NCBI GenBank assembly: GCA_965112635.1
Contig: OZ218778.1
Location: 2,240,001 to 2,304,000 of the forward strand
Source of the DNA: an uncultured bacterium
GTDB taxonomy: Bacteria; Oederibacteriota; Oederibacteriia; Oederibacteriales; Oederibacteriaceae
Direction of reading: 5' to 3'
DNA length: 64,000 nucleotides
Part shown: positions 38,874 through 50,142 of the stretch, one piece after another
Layout of the letters: each line of letters starts with the position of its first letter
How positions within the stretch are numbered: position 1 is the first letter of the stretch
Notes under the pieces: model-generated
What the model was told of the DNA's origin: nothing
Database searches by the model: none
The model's input: the letters and a program-made list of their open reading frames with translations, nothing else
Translations under genes and position numbers: made by a program

Positions 38874-39926
38874 TTAATTGGCACCCAGGAAAACTTTGGA
38901 TAATTTCAGGATACTTGTGTTCTTGTGGCTGTTGACGACGATGCGGGCCACCAGCTTTTTCTTGAGCGGGCCTCCCGGCCTGCCCGTAATGCGCAAAACA
39001 CCGGGCCTGGCAAGGACCTCGTTCACTTTGAACCCCTTGATGGTCCTGACCCGGTCCACGGTATTGGCCGCGCAGAACAGGTCAAAATAGACCTTTTTGT
39101 AGCACGCTGTTTCCGGCGAACTCAGCAAATACACGGCGTAATCGCTGCGGTCCAGTTTCACCAGCCTCACGAAAAAGGGGCTGTTCTGCGGTTCACGGAT
39201 GGCAACTTGGTCGGACAATAATAAATTGTTGATGCTGCCAAGACCGGCTTCCAGAGCAAACCCTGAACAGGACTGTTCTTTGAGGTCTCCTGAAATTTTC
39301 CTTAACTGGTTGACCATATCCTGGAACAGGCTGAGCCTGTCTTCCTCGAACTGGTCCGGCCTGTTTTTCCGGGGAGGGACCAGCAAGTAATAGGGCATTT
39401 TAAAAATCGCGCACAGGGAAGCAACACTTTTTATTTTTTCTTCATTTATGTTCACAATTGGATAATCAGTGACGGCCGAGGGGTCCAACCTGGCCATGAA
39501 GGAGTCGATCTCAGGAAGCAGGTCCCCAAAATAGAGCGAAAACAGCCACCTCTGCTCAACAACAATGGATAGTTCTATTTTGGGATGGGCCTGTTTTATC
39601 CGATGCAGAAGTTTCGCGTATTGCTTGAGCTCTTGTTTCGGGCACTCAAAATCAATTTGGCACCTTGGGATGTTATTGGCCTCCAAAGTTTTAAAAAATT
39701 GAGCATATTTACTTGGATTTAAATTGTTCACCTTGCCTGTGATGGGAAGGTCAGGCCAGGCGTTATCATGCCGGCTGAACAAAGTTTTCCATCTGCTGTC
39801 GTTTGGGGCAAGTTTATTGATTTCGATAAGATAGAGGATGTTGGGCTGGGTCCCGGCCAAACAAACCGCAGAGGACGCGAAAAAGCCGAAAATGACAACA
39901 ATGGCTAGTAAAATATTTTTAATCAT
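38874..39926 (-). CDS. Exported DUF3142-like (GH18-like TIM barrel) protein, degenerate
   Basis: Signal peptide; QIDFECP...LKQY..LL..IK.....LSI......WL....F..LL..ID pattern. Confidence 0.5.
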   Translation of the reverse strand: MIKNILLAIVVIFGFFASSAVCLAGTQPNILYLIEINKLAPNDSRWKTLFSRHDNAWPDLPITGKVNNLNPSKYAQFFKTLEANNIPRCQIDFECPKQELKQYAKLLHRIKQAHPKIELSIVVEQRWLFSLYFGDLLPEIDSFMARLDPSAVTDYPIVNINEEKIKSVASLCAIFKMPYYLLVPPRKNRPDQFEEDRLSLFQDMVNQLRKISGDLKEQSCSGFALEAGLGSINNLLLSDQVAIREPQNSPFFVRLVKLDRSDYAVYLLSSPETACYKKVYFDLFCAANTVDRVRTIKGFKVNEVLARPGVLRITGRPGGPLKKKLVARIVVNSHKNTSILKLSKVFLGAN

Positions 39927-39942
39927 TAAGGCCGGCCGCAGT

Positions 39943-40998
39943 TCAATCCTTCAGTTTTAAATAAGCGTAGCGCAACAAAGACTCCGTGGTTTCCCAGCTA
40001 ATGCAGGCATCCGTGATGCTGACCCCGTATTTCAACTTACTAGGCGTATTGGCCACAGCCTGCTTGCCCTCGTGGATATTACTTTCCAGCATCAGGCCCT
40101 TGAGGCAGGAAGCGCCTTGCAGGATATTGCCGATGGACTGCCTGAATACCCCGGCCTGGTTCTTGAAATCCTTGCTGGAATTGTCATGGCTGCAATCCAC
40201 TATAATGGCCCGCAACAGATGGTGCTGGGCCAGGCTGTGGTCGACCCGGACCAGGGTCTTGAGGTCAAAATTGGTCTTTCCTCCCCCGCCCCGCAGGACA
40301 ATATGGGCAAAAGGGTTGCCTTTGGTGCGGACCACCGCGCTCTGGCCATTCTGGTCAATGCCCAGGAAATGGTGCTTGTGCGTGGCGGACTGCATGGCGT
40401 TGATGGCTGCCTGGATGCTGCCGTCCGTGCTGTTCTTGAAACCGACCGGCATGGAAAGGCCGGAGGCCATTTCCCGGTGTGTCTGCGATTCTATAGTCCT
40501 GGCGCCGATGGAAGCCCAGGAGACCAGGTCAGAAAGGTACTGCGGGATGATGGGGTCGAGGGCCTCGGAAGCGCAAGCAAGTCCCATCTCGTTGATGGCC
40601 AGGAGGATGCGGCGAGCCGTGAATACGCCGGATTTGATGTCAAAAGAACCGTTGAGCCGGGGGTCGTTGATCAAGCCTTTCCACCCTATGGTGGTCCTGG
40701 GCTTCTCAAAATAGGTGCGCAGGACCACGAAAATACTGTCCTGGATGCCCTCTGACAGGTTTTTTAAGTGCCGGGCATAGTCCAGGATGGCTTTGGGGTC
40801 GTGGATGGAACAGGGCCCCACAATAACCATGAGCCGGTCGTCTTTTCCCGCCAGGATGGACTTGATGGTTTCCCTGCCCAAAACAACGGTCTCCAGAGCT
40901 CTGGCTGAGGCTGGGTATCTTTTTTTTACTTCGCGGGGCGAAACCAGGACATCCAGGCCGGATACATTGACGTCGTTTATCTTTAGTTTTAAAGCCAC
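39943..40998 (-). CDS. aroG: 3-deoxy-7-phosphoheptulonate (DAHP) synthase, class I-alpha (AroF/G/H type)
   Basis: VGPCSIHD, YFEKPRTTIGWKGLINDP, IGART.ESQTHR, GFKN.TDG, LRGG, DCSH, SITDAC. Confidence 0.93.
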   Translation of the reverse strand: MALKLKINDVNVSGLDVLVSPREVKKRYPASARALETVVLGRETIKSILAGKDDRLMVIVGPCSIHDPKAILDYARHLKNLSEGIQDSIFVVLRTYFEKPRTTIGWKGLINDPRLNGSFDIKSGVFTARRILLAINEMGLACASEALDPIIPQYLSDLVSWASIGARTIESQTHREMASGLSMPVGFKNSTDGSIQAAINAMQSATHKHHFLGIDQNGQSAVVRTKGNPFAHIVLRGGGGKTNFDLKTLVRVDHSLAQHHLLRAIIVDCSHDNSSKDFKNQAGVFRQSIGNILQGASCLKGLMLESNIHEGKQAVANTPSKLKYGVSITDACISWETTESLLRYAYLKLKD

Positions 40999-41022
40999 TG
41001 AACACCTCGGTTGAATGTAGAT

Positions 41023-42327
41023 CTACCTGGCGACGACCTTGTCCAGGAGTTCAAAAAAATTGGGGAACGAAGTATTGATGCATTCCACATTATTGACCAC
41101 CATTTTGTCCTCGGCCAACAAGCCGGCTATGGAAAGGGCCATGGCCATCCTGTGGTCGCCGTAGCTTTCCACGGTACCTCCCTGGAGCTGGGGCTGTCCG
41201 TGGATGATCAAACCGTCCGGCAGGACCCCGACGCGCACCCCTATCTTGCGCAGTTCCGTGGAAAGGGCCTTGATACGGTCGGTCTCCTTGACCCGCAGTT
41301 CCTCCGCGTCGCGGATGATGGTGATGCCGTCAGCCAGGCTCGCGGCCACCGCGATGATGGGTATTTCGTCGATAAGTCTGGGGATGATATCTCCACCTAT
41401 TTTTGTGCCTTTGAGCTTGGAGGCCTTGATGGTCACATCCGCTACGGGCTCGCCGCACTCTTCGTGCCGGTTCTTCATGCTGATGTCAGCGCCCATCCAC
41501 CTCAATACATCAAAAAGACCTGTCCGGGTAGGGTTGACCCCCAGCCCCTCGATGGTGAGCTCGGAACGCTTGAGCAGCGCTGCCGCGACCATAAAGAACG
41601 CCGCCGAAGAAATGTCTCCCGGCACCGCGATCTTCCTGCCCAGGAGCTTGGGCTGGCCGGTCACGGTCACGGACAAACCCTCTCTGGTCACTTCGGCCCC
41701 AAAAGCCTCCAGCATCCTCTCGGTATGGTCCCGCGACGCCATGGGCTCGGTCACCTTGGTCCTGCCTTCCGCGTAAAGGCCAGCCAGCAGGATGGAAGAT
41801 TTGACCTGAGCGCTGGCTATGGAAAGGTTATAGTCGATGGGCCTCAATCTCGCGCCCTGGACAGTCAATGGCGCGTATTCTCCGTCGTTGTCGCCCCTGA
41901 TGTTCGCACCCATCTCCCGCAAGGGCGCGACCACGCGCATCATCGGACGCTTGTTAAGGGACTCGTCGCCGCTGATGGCGGTGGTGATGTTCAGTCCGGA
42001 AAGGATGCCCAGCATCAGCCGCATGGTCGTGCCGGAGTTCCCCGCGTAAAGGTCGTGCTGGGGCTGGGTCAGGCCGTGAAGACCCTTGCCCTGGATGAGC
42101 ATCTCCCCTTTTTCGCTGTCCGTGATCTCCACCCCCAGGTCCTTGAATATCTGGACGGTCCGCAGGCAATCTTCCCCGTTCAAAAAACCGGTCACCGCGG
42201 TCTGTCCTTCGCTGATGCCGCCAAAAATGACGGCGCGGTGCGAGATGGACTTGTCGCCGGGCACCCTGATGCTGCCCGACACTTTTTTGGCCGGCGCGAT
42301 CTCTACCGTATTATTCTCTGCGCTCAC
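41023..42327 (-). CDS. aroA: 3-phosphoshikimate 1-carboxyvinyltransferase
   Basis: PGDKSISHRA, GNSGTTMRL, ASAQVKS, SRDHTERML, PGDISSAAF, ELRVKETDRI, GDHRMAM; GTG start after AGGAG. Confidence 0.97.
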   Translation of the reverse strand: MSAENNTVEIAPAKKVSGSIRVPGDKSISHRAVIFGGISEGQTAVTGFLNGEDCLRTVQIFKDLGVEITDSEKGEMLIQGKGLHGLTQPQHDLYAGNSGTTMRLMLGILSGLNITTAISGDESLNKRPMMRVVAPLREMGANIRGDNDGEYAPLTVQGARLRPIDYNLSIASAQVKSSILLAGLYAEGRTKVTEPMASRDHTERMLEAFGAEVTREGLSVTVTGQPKLLGRKIAVPGDISSAAFFMVAAALLKRSELTIEGLGVNPTRTGLFDVLRWMGADISMKNRHEECGEPVADVTIKASKLKGTKIGGDIIPRLIDEIPIIAVAASLADGITIIRDAEELRVKETDRIKALSTELRKIGVRVGVLPDGLIIHGQPQLQGGTVESYGDHRMAMALSIAGLLAEDKMVVNNVECINTSFPNFFELLDKVVAR

Positions 42328-43174
42328 AGGCTTCTCCTGAATTGGCTCGTTTTCTTGAACTCCCGGACAATAGCCGGGCCGTTGCCTGACTTTAATAACG
42401 CTTTCCATTTTTTCAGGTCAGCCTCAAAAATACCCAAAGCAGACAGAAGGGCCTCCCTGTTGGTCAGCAGGATATCCCTCCACATGGCCGGGTCGCTGGC
42501 GGCGACTCTGGTAGTATCCCGAAAACCCGTTGAGACCAGTTTTAATATCTGTCCATCGCCGGCCTTTTTCCGGCGTAAAATTTCCGCCAGGATAGATGCC
42601 GCCAGATGGGGCAAGTGGCTGGTCAGAGCGATGCGCCGGTCATGATCAGCGGCCGGCATGATAAGGGTGCGGCAGCCTGCCTTCTCCCACATCCGCCGGA
42701 CCCTGGAAACGGCAAGCGGGTTGGAACCGGGACCAGGCGTGACAACGCAGAGGCTGTCCTTAAAAAGGTCAACCTGAGAATTCCGGATGCCCGCCTTTTC
42801 CGAACCGGCCATGGGATGCGCTCCCACAAAAAACAGTTTTTGGGGACAAGGCGCTGCGCTTTACCGGCCATTATTTTTTTGGTGCTGCCGCAGTCTGTCA
42901 CGATAGTGCCGGGTTTAAGGTAAGGAGCTATCCTGGCGATGATCTTCAAGGAATCAAGGATAGGCGCGCTGACGACCACCACGGAAGCGTCCTTGACAGC
43001 GCTCAAGTCGGTGGTGGCCTGGTGGCAGGCTTTTAAAGCCAGGGCGATACGAAGTTTTTTGGGATTGCGGCCGATAACCATGACCTTTTTAGCCCAATGT
43101 TCTTTCACCAATACCCGGCCCAAAGAGCCTCCGATCAAACCCGCTCCAATGATAGCCACAACTGGTTTTTGCAT
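42324..43174 (-). pseudogene. tyrA: Prephenate/arogenate dehydrogenase split by a 1-nt frameshift
   Basis: N-half (IIGAGLIGGS, VTDCGSTK) and C-half (GAHPMAGSE, HD...ALTSHLPH, GFRDTTRVA.S...MW.DI) are in different frames; one extra T in the T6 run (42828-42833) joins them. Confidence 0.88.
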
Positions 43175-43211
43175 GTTCCCGCCTTTTTTCTTCACGGCTT
43201 TCGCATTCTCC

Positions 43212-44297
43212 CTATAAAACAGCCCGTAAACTATCCAGCAGTTTTTTATCTTGGCCCGCAGTGCCTATGGTCACCCGGATGTGCCTGGCGCTGACAGGCC
43301 TGACGATAACCCCGTTTTTCATCAGTTTTTCAAACACAATCTTACTAGAAATCGGCAATTCCACAAAAATAAAGTTCGCGTAAGTCCGGGTAAAAGTTAA
43401 CCCCATTTTAGCAAAACCTTCCGACAAAAACCTCTTGCCCTGGTCGTTTGTCCTTAAAACTTTTTTTTGGTAACTGGCATCGGTCAAAGCCGCTCTGGCC
43501 GCGCACTGGGCCAGATGATCCACATTAAAAGGCTGTCTGACTTTTTCCAGGTATCCAATGATCTCTTGGGGGGCGATGCCATAGCCTACCCTAAGACCCG
43601 CCAGGCCGTAATATTTGGAAAATGTTTTGAGGACAATGATCGGCACCGGGCCCGGAATATAATGAAGTCCGGAGTAAAAATCTTTAGGAGGCGCATATTC
43701 CCCATAAGCTTCGTCGAACACCATGAGGCATTGCGGGTTTTTGCGTTTAACGGACGCGACAATAAAGTCCAGCTCTCCCCTGCTTAACAAGGTGCCGGTG
43801 GGATTGTTGGGGTTGCACAGGATAAGGAGCTTGGTCTTTTTGGTGACCAGGCCTGCTAACCTCTCAGGGTCATGGCGGTGCTGCCTGGCCGGAGCGGCCT
43901 TTGCTTTGGCCCCCATCAGGCCGGCCATGGTGGTATAGACCACGAAACTCTCAGCTGAGAAAACGACTTCGTCTCCGGGGTCCAGAAAAGCCAGGGCCAG
44001 CAGGATGAGCAGCTCGTTGGAACCGTTCCCGAACACTAAACATTCCGGGCGTACCTTCCATTTTTTCGACAAAGCCTGGCGCAAGTCCGGGCAATCGCCC
44101 TCAGGATAATAATGGATGTTCTTGAGGTTCTCTTTTATGGCCCGGAGCGCCTTGGGGGAAGGTCCTAAAGGGTTCTCATTGGAAGCCAGCTTGATGACAT
44201 CCCGCAGGCCGTACTTCTTTTTTACCTTTTGAATGGGCATGCCCGGCACATAAATTTCCAGGGAAGCGAGCGCGGGCCTTGCCAACCTAGGGTTCAA
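43212..44297 (-). CDS. hisC: Histidinol-phosphate aminotransferase
   Basis: KLASNENPLG, GNGSNE, CNPNNPTG, DEAYGE, TFSKYYGLAGLRVGY. Confidence 0.95.
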   Translation of the reverse strand: MNPRLARPALASLEIYVPGMPIQKVKKKYGLRDVIKLASNENPLGPSPKALRAIKENLKNIHYYPEGDCPDLRQALSKKWKVRPECLVFGNGSNELLILLALAFLDPGDEVVFSAESFVVYTTMAGLMGAKAKAAPARQHRHDPERLAGLVTKKTKLLILCNPNNPTGTLLSRGELDFIVASVKRKNPQCLMVFDEAYGEYAPPKDFYSGLHYIPGPVPIIVLKTFSKYYGLAGLRVGYGIAPQEIIGYLEKVRQPFNVDHLAQCAARAALTDASYQKKVLRTNDQGKRFLSEGFAKMGLTFTRTYANFIFVELPISSKIVFEKLMKNGVIVRPVSARHIRVTIGTAGQDKKLLDSLRAVL

Positions 44298-44328
44298 GGG
44301 TGTTTTTCCTTTTTAAGAATGGCTGAGT

Positions 44329-45405
44329 TTACAAGTTCGCCTGGGGATAAGAACCGAGGATCTTCAGGAACAGGCATTTCCGCTCCAGCTCCTTGATCGC
44401 TTTGGCTATTTTTTTGTCCTGCCTGTGGCCCAACATGTCGATGAAAAAATAATAGTCCCAGGCCTTTTTCTTGGACGGCCTGGACTCAATGCTGGTCAGG
44501 TTGATGGTGTTCTTGCGAAAGGGCAAAAGCATGTCATACAGGGCTCCGACCTTGTCCTTGATGGAGAACATGATGGAGGTCTTGTCGCACCCGGCCGGCT
44601 CGCTGTCGTTGCAGCTGATGACGAAGAACCGCGTGACGTTGCTGGACGAATCCTCGATGTTCTTGGCCAGGACGCTCAGGCCCCACTTCCTGGCGGCCAA
44701 CTCAGGGCAGATCGCGGCGCTCTGGGGGTCATGGGCCGCGAGCTCGGCGGCCTTGGCATTATTGGAAACCTCGATGAGCTCGGCGCCGCGCATGTTCTCC
44801 TCCAGCCACTCCCGGCACTGGCCAAAGGACTGGGGGTGCGAATAGATCTTTTTAATTTTGCCTATGTTCCCGCTTTTGGCGGCCAGAAAATGATGCACTT
44901 CGAGCAGGATCTCCGCGCAGATCATCAAAGAGGAATCCATGAACATGTCCAAAGTATGGTTGACGACGCCTTCGGTCGTGTTCTCGATGGGGACCACGCC
45001 GCAGGTGACCCTGCCCTTTTCCACTTCGGCAAAAACCTCGGCAATGGTCATGCAGGCATGGTAGTGGGTGGAATGGCCGAACCGCCGGATGGCTGCCTGA
45101 TGGGTAAAAGAAGTTTCCGGTCCGAAATAAGCCACGGAAAAAGGGCTCTGGAGGCTGCGGGCCGCCGACATGATCTCGGCGTAAATGGAGGTCAAGGAAT
45201 CGTTCTTGACGGGCCCGCGGTTGGAACCGGTCAGCCTTTTGATGACCTGTTTTTCACGGGGATCGGAAAAAATAGGGGTATGGTTCAGGCTTTTCAATCT
45301 TCCGATGCTGAGGGAAGCCGTGACGCGGTCGTTCAGGAGCCCCAGGATACGGTCGTCGATCTCATTGATCTTTTTGCGCCAAAATTGAAGGTTTTTGTCG
45401 GTCAT
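44329..45405 (-). CDS. pheA: Chorismate mutase/prephenate dehydratase
   Basis: N-terminal CM (R.KI..ID..IL.LL..R), GP..SFTHQA, VVPIEN.TEG, SHPQ, N.TRF, IESRP, LGSYP. Confidence 0.96.
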   Translation of the reverse strand: MTDKNLQFWRKKINEIDDRILGLLNDRVTASLSIGRLKSLNHTPIFSDPREKQVIKRLTGSNRGPVKNDSLTSIYAEIMSAARSLQSPFSVAYFGPETSFTHQAAIRRFGHSTHYHACMTIAEVFAEVEKGRVTCGVVPIENTTEGVVNHTLDMFMDSSLMICAEILLEVHHFLAAKSGNIGKIKKIYSHPQSFGQCREWLEENMRGAELIEVSNNAKAAELAAHDPQSAAICPELAARKWGLSVLAKNIEDSSSNVTRFFVISCNDSEPAGCDKTSIMFSIKDKVGALYDMLLPFRKNTINLTSIESRPSKKKAWDYYFFIDMLGHRQDKKIAKAIKELERKCLFLKILGSYPQANL

Positions 45406-46616
45406 TTATCCCGCTTTCTTTTGGCCAGGTCTGGGGCGACTTGGTCCAAAATAATATCAGCAACCTGGTCTTTGGGGAGGACAGGATAGCTTTTGGCCTG
45501 TCCGTCCTTTTTGATGATGGTCACCTTATTATAATCGCTTCCAAACCCCGTTTCCATCGAATCTATGGGATTGGCCACGATAAAGTCCAGTTTTTTGTTT
45601 TTTATTTTGGCCTTGGCGTTTTTGACCAGGTCCGCTTCGTTCTCGGCCGTGAACCCCACTAATAAATTGGACCTGTTGGTCTTGCCTAATTCCGCGAGAA
45701 TATCCTCGTTTTGCACCAGCTTGAGATCGACAGTAAGGGCTAATTTTTTGAATTTTGTTTTTAATTTTTCCTGGGGCCTGTAATCCATCACAGCGGCGGA
45801 CATGATGATGACCTTATGATTTTCCCTGTTCTTAAAGACCTGGGTTTTCATTTCCGCGGCGCTCTGAACAGGGATAAATTTGACCCCTGCGGGCGCTTCC
45901 AGATTGGTCGGCCCGCTGATCAGGGTGACCTTGGCCCCCCTCTGCTGAGCGGCCCTGGCCAGGGCATACCCCATTTTGCCCGACGAACGGTTGGTAAAAT
46001 ACCTTATCGGGTCCCAGGCTTCCACAGTGGGGCCCGCCGTGACCAGCACCGAAAAATTATTCAGGTCTTTTTTTTTACTGAAGAATTTTAAGACCGCGTC
46101 CACGATCTCGGCGGGCTCCAAGAACCGGCCTTCACCTGATTCGCCGCTGGCCAAAGGCCCGGAATGGGGCCCTAAAAAAGAGCAGCCGCGGGACTTGAGC
46201 AAAGCGATATTCTGCTGGGTCACGGCGTTCTGGTACATCCTGGTATTCATGGCCGGGACCATAAAGATCGGCGCCAAGGTGTCCAGCGCGACGAGGGAAA
46301 CTGGATCATCAGCCAAGCCGTGGGTTATTTTGGCAATGATATTCGCGGTCGCCGGCGCTATCAAATAAAGGTCCGCGTTGATCGCAAAAGAGATGTGGTC
46401 CATTTTCCAGGCATCCGGACCATCCACGACCTGATGGTAGACGGGCCTTTGGGACAAGGCGGCCAAGGTCAGCGGCGTGATAAAGGCTTCCGCGGACCTG
46501 GTCATGGCCACCATCACCTCGGCCTTGTGCTTTCGCAAACTTCTGACCACATCAACAGCCTTATAAGCGGCGATACTGCCGGTAATGCCGACGATGATGC
46601 GTTTCCCCTCTAACAT
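45402..46616 (-). CDS. coaBC: Bifunctional phosphopantothenoylcysteine decarboxylase/ligase
   Basis: GITGSIAAYK, APATAN, PAMN, VTAGPT.E..DP.RY.TN.SSGKMG, AAV.DY, VGF.AE. Confidence 0.96.
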   Translation of the reverse strand: MLEGKRIIVGITGSIAAYKAVDVVRSLRKHKAEVMVAMTRSAEAFITPLTLAALSQRPVYHQVVDGPDAWKMDHISFAINADLYLIAPATANIIAKITHGLADDPVSLVALDTLAPIFMVPAMNTRMYQNAVTQQNIALLKSRGCSFLGPHSGPLASGESGEGRFLEPAEIVDAVLKFFSKKKDLNNFSVLVTAGPTVEAWDPIRYFTNRSSGKMGYALARAAQQRGAKVTLISGPTNLEAPAGVKFIPVQSAAEMKTQVFKNRENHKVIIMSAAVMDYRPQEKLKTKFKKLALTVDLKLVQNEDILAELGKTNRSNLLVGFTAENEADLVKNAKAKIKNKKLDFIVANPIDSMETGFGSDYNKVTIIKKDGQAKSYPVLPKDQVADIILDQVAPDLAKRKRDK

Positions 46617-46633
46617 GGCTTCTCCTGGAGTGG

Positions 46634-47353
46634 CTACAAAATTTCCCTGGCTTGGTTATCCCAGATGGTGCCAGGGTATTCCTTGCTTACTTGTTCCAAT
46701 GTTTGTTTGGCTTTAGCTTTTTCCCCGCTGTTCAACAGGCAAAGGCCTTCGTGGTATAAAGCCTCGGCTTTCCACAACTTTGCCCCGCCTTCAAAATTCC
46801 TGGTTTGTTCCAGGATATCTATAGCCTTGCGATAGTCTTTTTTTTGCTCGTAGCAATAAGCGGTCCCCAGCAAGGCCTGGTATTTATATTTTCCTTTGGG
46901 ATATTTGTTCAGATAGGACTGGAAGGAATCCAAGGCCTCGTCGTATTTTTTTAATTCAAAAGAGCAAAGCGCAAGATTGAAAACAGCGTCGCCTGCCGCT
47001 GGGCTGCTGGGGTACAGGTTGAGGATCTGCTGGAACGTCTCCGTGGCTTTTTTGTATTTTTCTTCCTTGGAATGGAAGTACTGGTTGCCAGCGAAGTTGA
47101 ATTTGCTGTCCGTTTTTATGACGGGCTGGCGGGTGTAGGCGCCTCCCAGGGTCAAAAGATCCTGGGCTTTTTCAAAATTGGAAGCCCGCTTTTGAAAATA
47201 GAGCGGCACCAGGATGACTAGGGCGGCGACGACACCCAGGGCGATCAGGGAATTTTCCCTATGGGTCCTCACGTATTCCACGGCCTGGCGTAAGGAGTCC
47301 AATTCCGCGTTTTTTGCTTTAGCCTTATTTTTTTGCTCCAATATAATTTTCAT
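46634..47353 (-). CDS. Membrane-anchored TPR protein (YfgM-like)
   Basis: Single TM helix followed by several TPR repeats (YPSS, YPKG, YPGT). Confidence 0.78.
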   Translation of the reverse strand: MKIILEQKNKAKAKNAELDSLRQAVEYVRTHRENSLIALGVVAALVILVPLYFQKRASNFEKAQDLLTLGGAYTRQPVIKTDSKFNFAGNQYFHSKEEKYKKATETFQQILNLYPSSPAAGDAVFNLALCSFELKKYDEALDSFQSYLNKYPKGKYKYQALLGTAYCYEQKKDYRKAIDILEQTRNFEGGAKLWKAEALYHEGLCLLNSGEKAKAKQTLEQVSKEYPGTIWDNQAREIL

Positions 47354-47426
47354 CTTTTACCTTTCTGTTCAAAATTTCTCGAATATTATAACAAATACGC
47401 AATACCTGCGGCGCTTTTAGTTGATT

Positions 47427-47500
47427 TGCCCCCGGGGTGAGTCGAACACCCGGCACGCGGTTTAGGAAACCGCTGCTCTATCCATCTGAGCTACGGGGGC
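47427..47500 (-). tRNA. tRNA-Arg(CCT)
   Basis: GCCCCCG acceptor stem, GCGGT-TTCCTAA-ACCGC anticodon arm, GGGTG-TTCGACT-CACCC T arm. Confidence 0.95.
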
Positions 47501-47511
47501 CCAATGACAAC

Positions 47512-47543
47512 AAACCTCCGCACAGCGGACTGCGCGGAGGTTT
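47512..47543 (-). terminator. Hairpin downstream of apt (probable terminator/processing stem)
   Basis: AAACCTCCGC...GCGGAGGTTT inverted repeat. Confidence 0.55.
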
Positions 47544-47567
47544 CTATTCTAACATCAAAATTTCGAT

Positions 47568-48098
47568 TTAATATTCCACAACCGAAAAGACTTTATGGGG
47601 GACTAATTTCTTCCTGCCGCCCAAAGCTTTGAGCTCAATAATGAAAACGACCTCCATAACCTTCCCCCCCAGTTTTTCCACGAGGTCAATCGCTGCTCTT
47701 ATAGTCCCGCCTGTGGCTAAAAGGTCGTCAATAATGATTACCTTTTCCCCATTTTTCACGGCGTCCGTATGGATCTCTAAAGACGCTTTTCCATATTCAA
47801 GACTGAATGCTTCACGGATGGTCTTATAAGGTAATTTGCCAGGCTTGCGTAAAGGAATAAATCCGACCCCCAGCTCATAGGCTAGGGCGGCCCCAAAAAT
47901 GAACCCTCTCGATTCAACGCAGGCGACGGATTCGACCCCCATGTTCTTGTATCTTTGAGCTAAAAAAGAGATCAAGTCTTTGAAAAGAGGGCCGTTCTTA
48001 AGCATAGGGGTAATGTCCCTGAAAAGAATGCCCTTTTTGGGGAAGTCAGGTATTTCCCTGATGTTTTTCTTTATGACCTTCAAATTCATTTTTACCAT
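47568..48098 (-). CDS. apt: Adenine phosphoribosyltransferase
   Basis: IPDFPKKGILFRDIT, ESRGFIFG, RKPGKLP, LEYG, IIDDLLATGGT. Confidence 0.97.
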   Translation of the reverse strand: MVKMNLKVIKKNIREIPDFPKKGILFRDITPMLKNGPLFKDLISFLAQRYKNMGVESVACVESRGFIFGAALAYELGVGFIPLRKPGKLPYKTIREAFSLEYGKASLEIHTDAVKNGEKVIIIDDLLATGGTIRAAIDLVEKLGGKVMEVVFIIELKALGGRKKLVPHKVFSVVEY

Positions 48099-48106
48099 AT
48101 TCCCTC

Positions 48107-49189
<1,083 letters not shown>

Positions 49190-49277
49190 TGGGGGTCACC
49201 ATCTTAAAAAATTTAGATCATTTCAAGCAACAACATAGATCAACACGATCTTCTTGTGTCGACATTTTAACGTTCGC

Positions 49278-49982
49278 TTATAAACCAAAAACTAAATACT
49301 CGCTATAGGTCAGTCCAAAAACAAGGTGGTTATGTAACAAATCCGCCTCGCTATTAATATCATTGAATTGGTTGATTCTTGTCAAGAACATATCAAATTT
49401 ATAGCGTTGAGAAAGCAAAAACCTGATTCCAGCATTAATGTTCCTGCTGTCATCCTCACCTAAAAGCATCAAGCCAGGATAAAGGACCAGTCCCGTTGAC
49501 CCGAAAAAACCGTCATATTTCTCTTTGCCATAACCAAAGTTTGAGAAAGAACCAAACAACAACTTTTCCCATGCTAGGCCCATGACCAGGTACGGGGATG
49601 CAGGTGCTGAAAAAGGCGTTTCAGAGCCGACACAAACACCGAAATACTTATTTCTGAAAAGTTGCAATTTGGAATTAATCTGTCCGGAAGTAAAGATATC
49701 CTGCCAATCTTGATCTATGGTTAACTGGCTTTTAAAACCTATCTCAACCAAGGAAAATAAGCCATAGTTAACCTTAATGTCAAACTTATGAATCCCTACG
49801 CTGAGAAAGTTATTTGAAAGAATATTCATATCCGGGGTAAAGATACAGCCTGTTGACCCGTTGATGGATAGAGCATCTTGAAAAAAAGAAAAGTCTTCGT
49901 TCTTTTCATAACCTAACAAGGTATTTCCAAAAAGGATGAACAATAAAACAACACAAAGAAAACAGTTCCCTATTTGAATCAT
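49278..49982 (-). CDS. Hypothetical exported beta-barrel-like protein (YjbH-like)
   Basis: Start reassigned to MIQIGN (the track extension runs through a tRNA); SINGSTG.I.TP motif, aromatic strands. Confidence 0.55.
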   Translation of the reverse strand: MIQIGNCFLCVVLLFILFGNTLLGYEKNEDFSFFQDALSINGSTGCIFTPDMNILSNNFLSVGIHKFDIKVNYGLFSLVEIGFKSQLTIDQDWQDIFTSGQINSKLQLFRNKYFGVCVGSETPFSAPASPYLVMGLAWEKLLFGSFSNFGYGKEKYDGFFGSTGLVLYPGLMLLGEDDSRNINAGIRFLLSQRYKFDMFLTRINQFNDINSEADLLHNHLVFGLTYSEYLVFGL

Positions 49983-49986
49983 GCTA

Positions 49987-50062
49987 TGGTCGGGGCGACC
50001 CGATTTGAACGGGCGACCCCTTGCTCCCGAAGCAAGTGCGCTAGCCACTGCGCTACGCCCCG
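49987..50062 (-). tRNA. tRNA-Pro(CGG)
   Basis: CGGGGCG acceptor stem, CTTGC-TTCGGGA-GCAAG anticodon arm, encoded CCA. Confidence 0.95.
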
Positions 50063-50142
50063 ACCCTTTCCTTGCTTTGTTTGATTTTCATGAAAGGGTT
50101 GCCCTGCCTTGACAAAATAGATTAGGTTAATATTAATAAAAT

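Noticed and set aside
41011-42645. 544-aa plus-strand ORF (likewise 44425..45489, 39986..40714, 7613..8389, 10462..11505)
   Set aside because: Antisense shadow ORFs of GC-rich genuine genes, with no recognisable motifs
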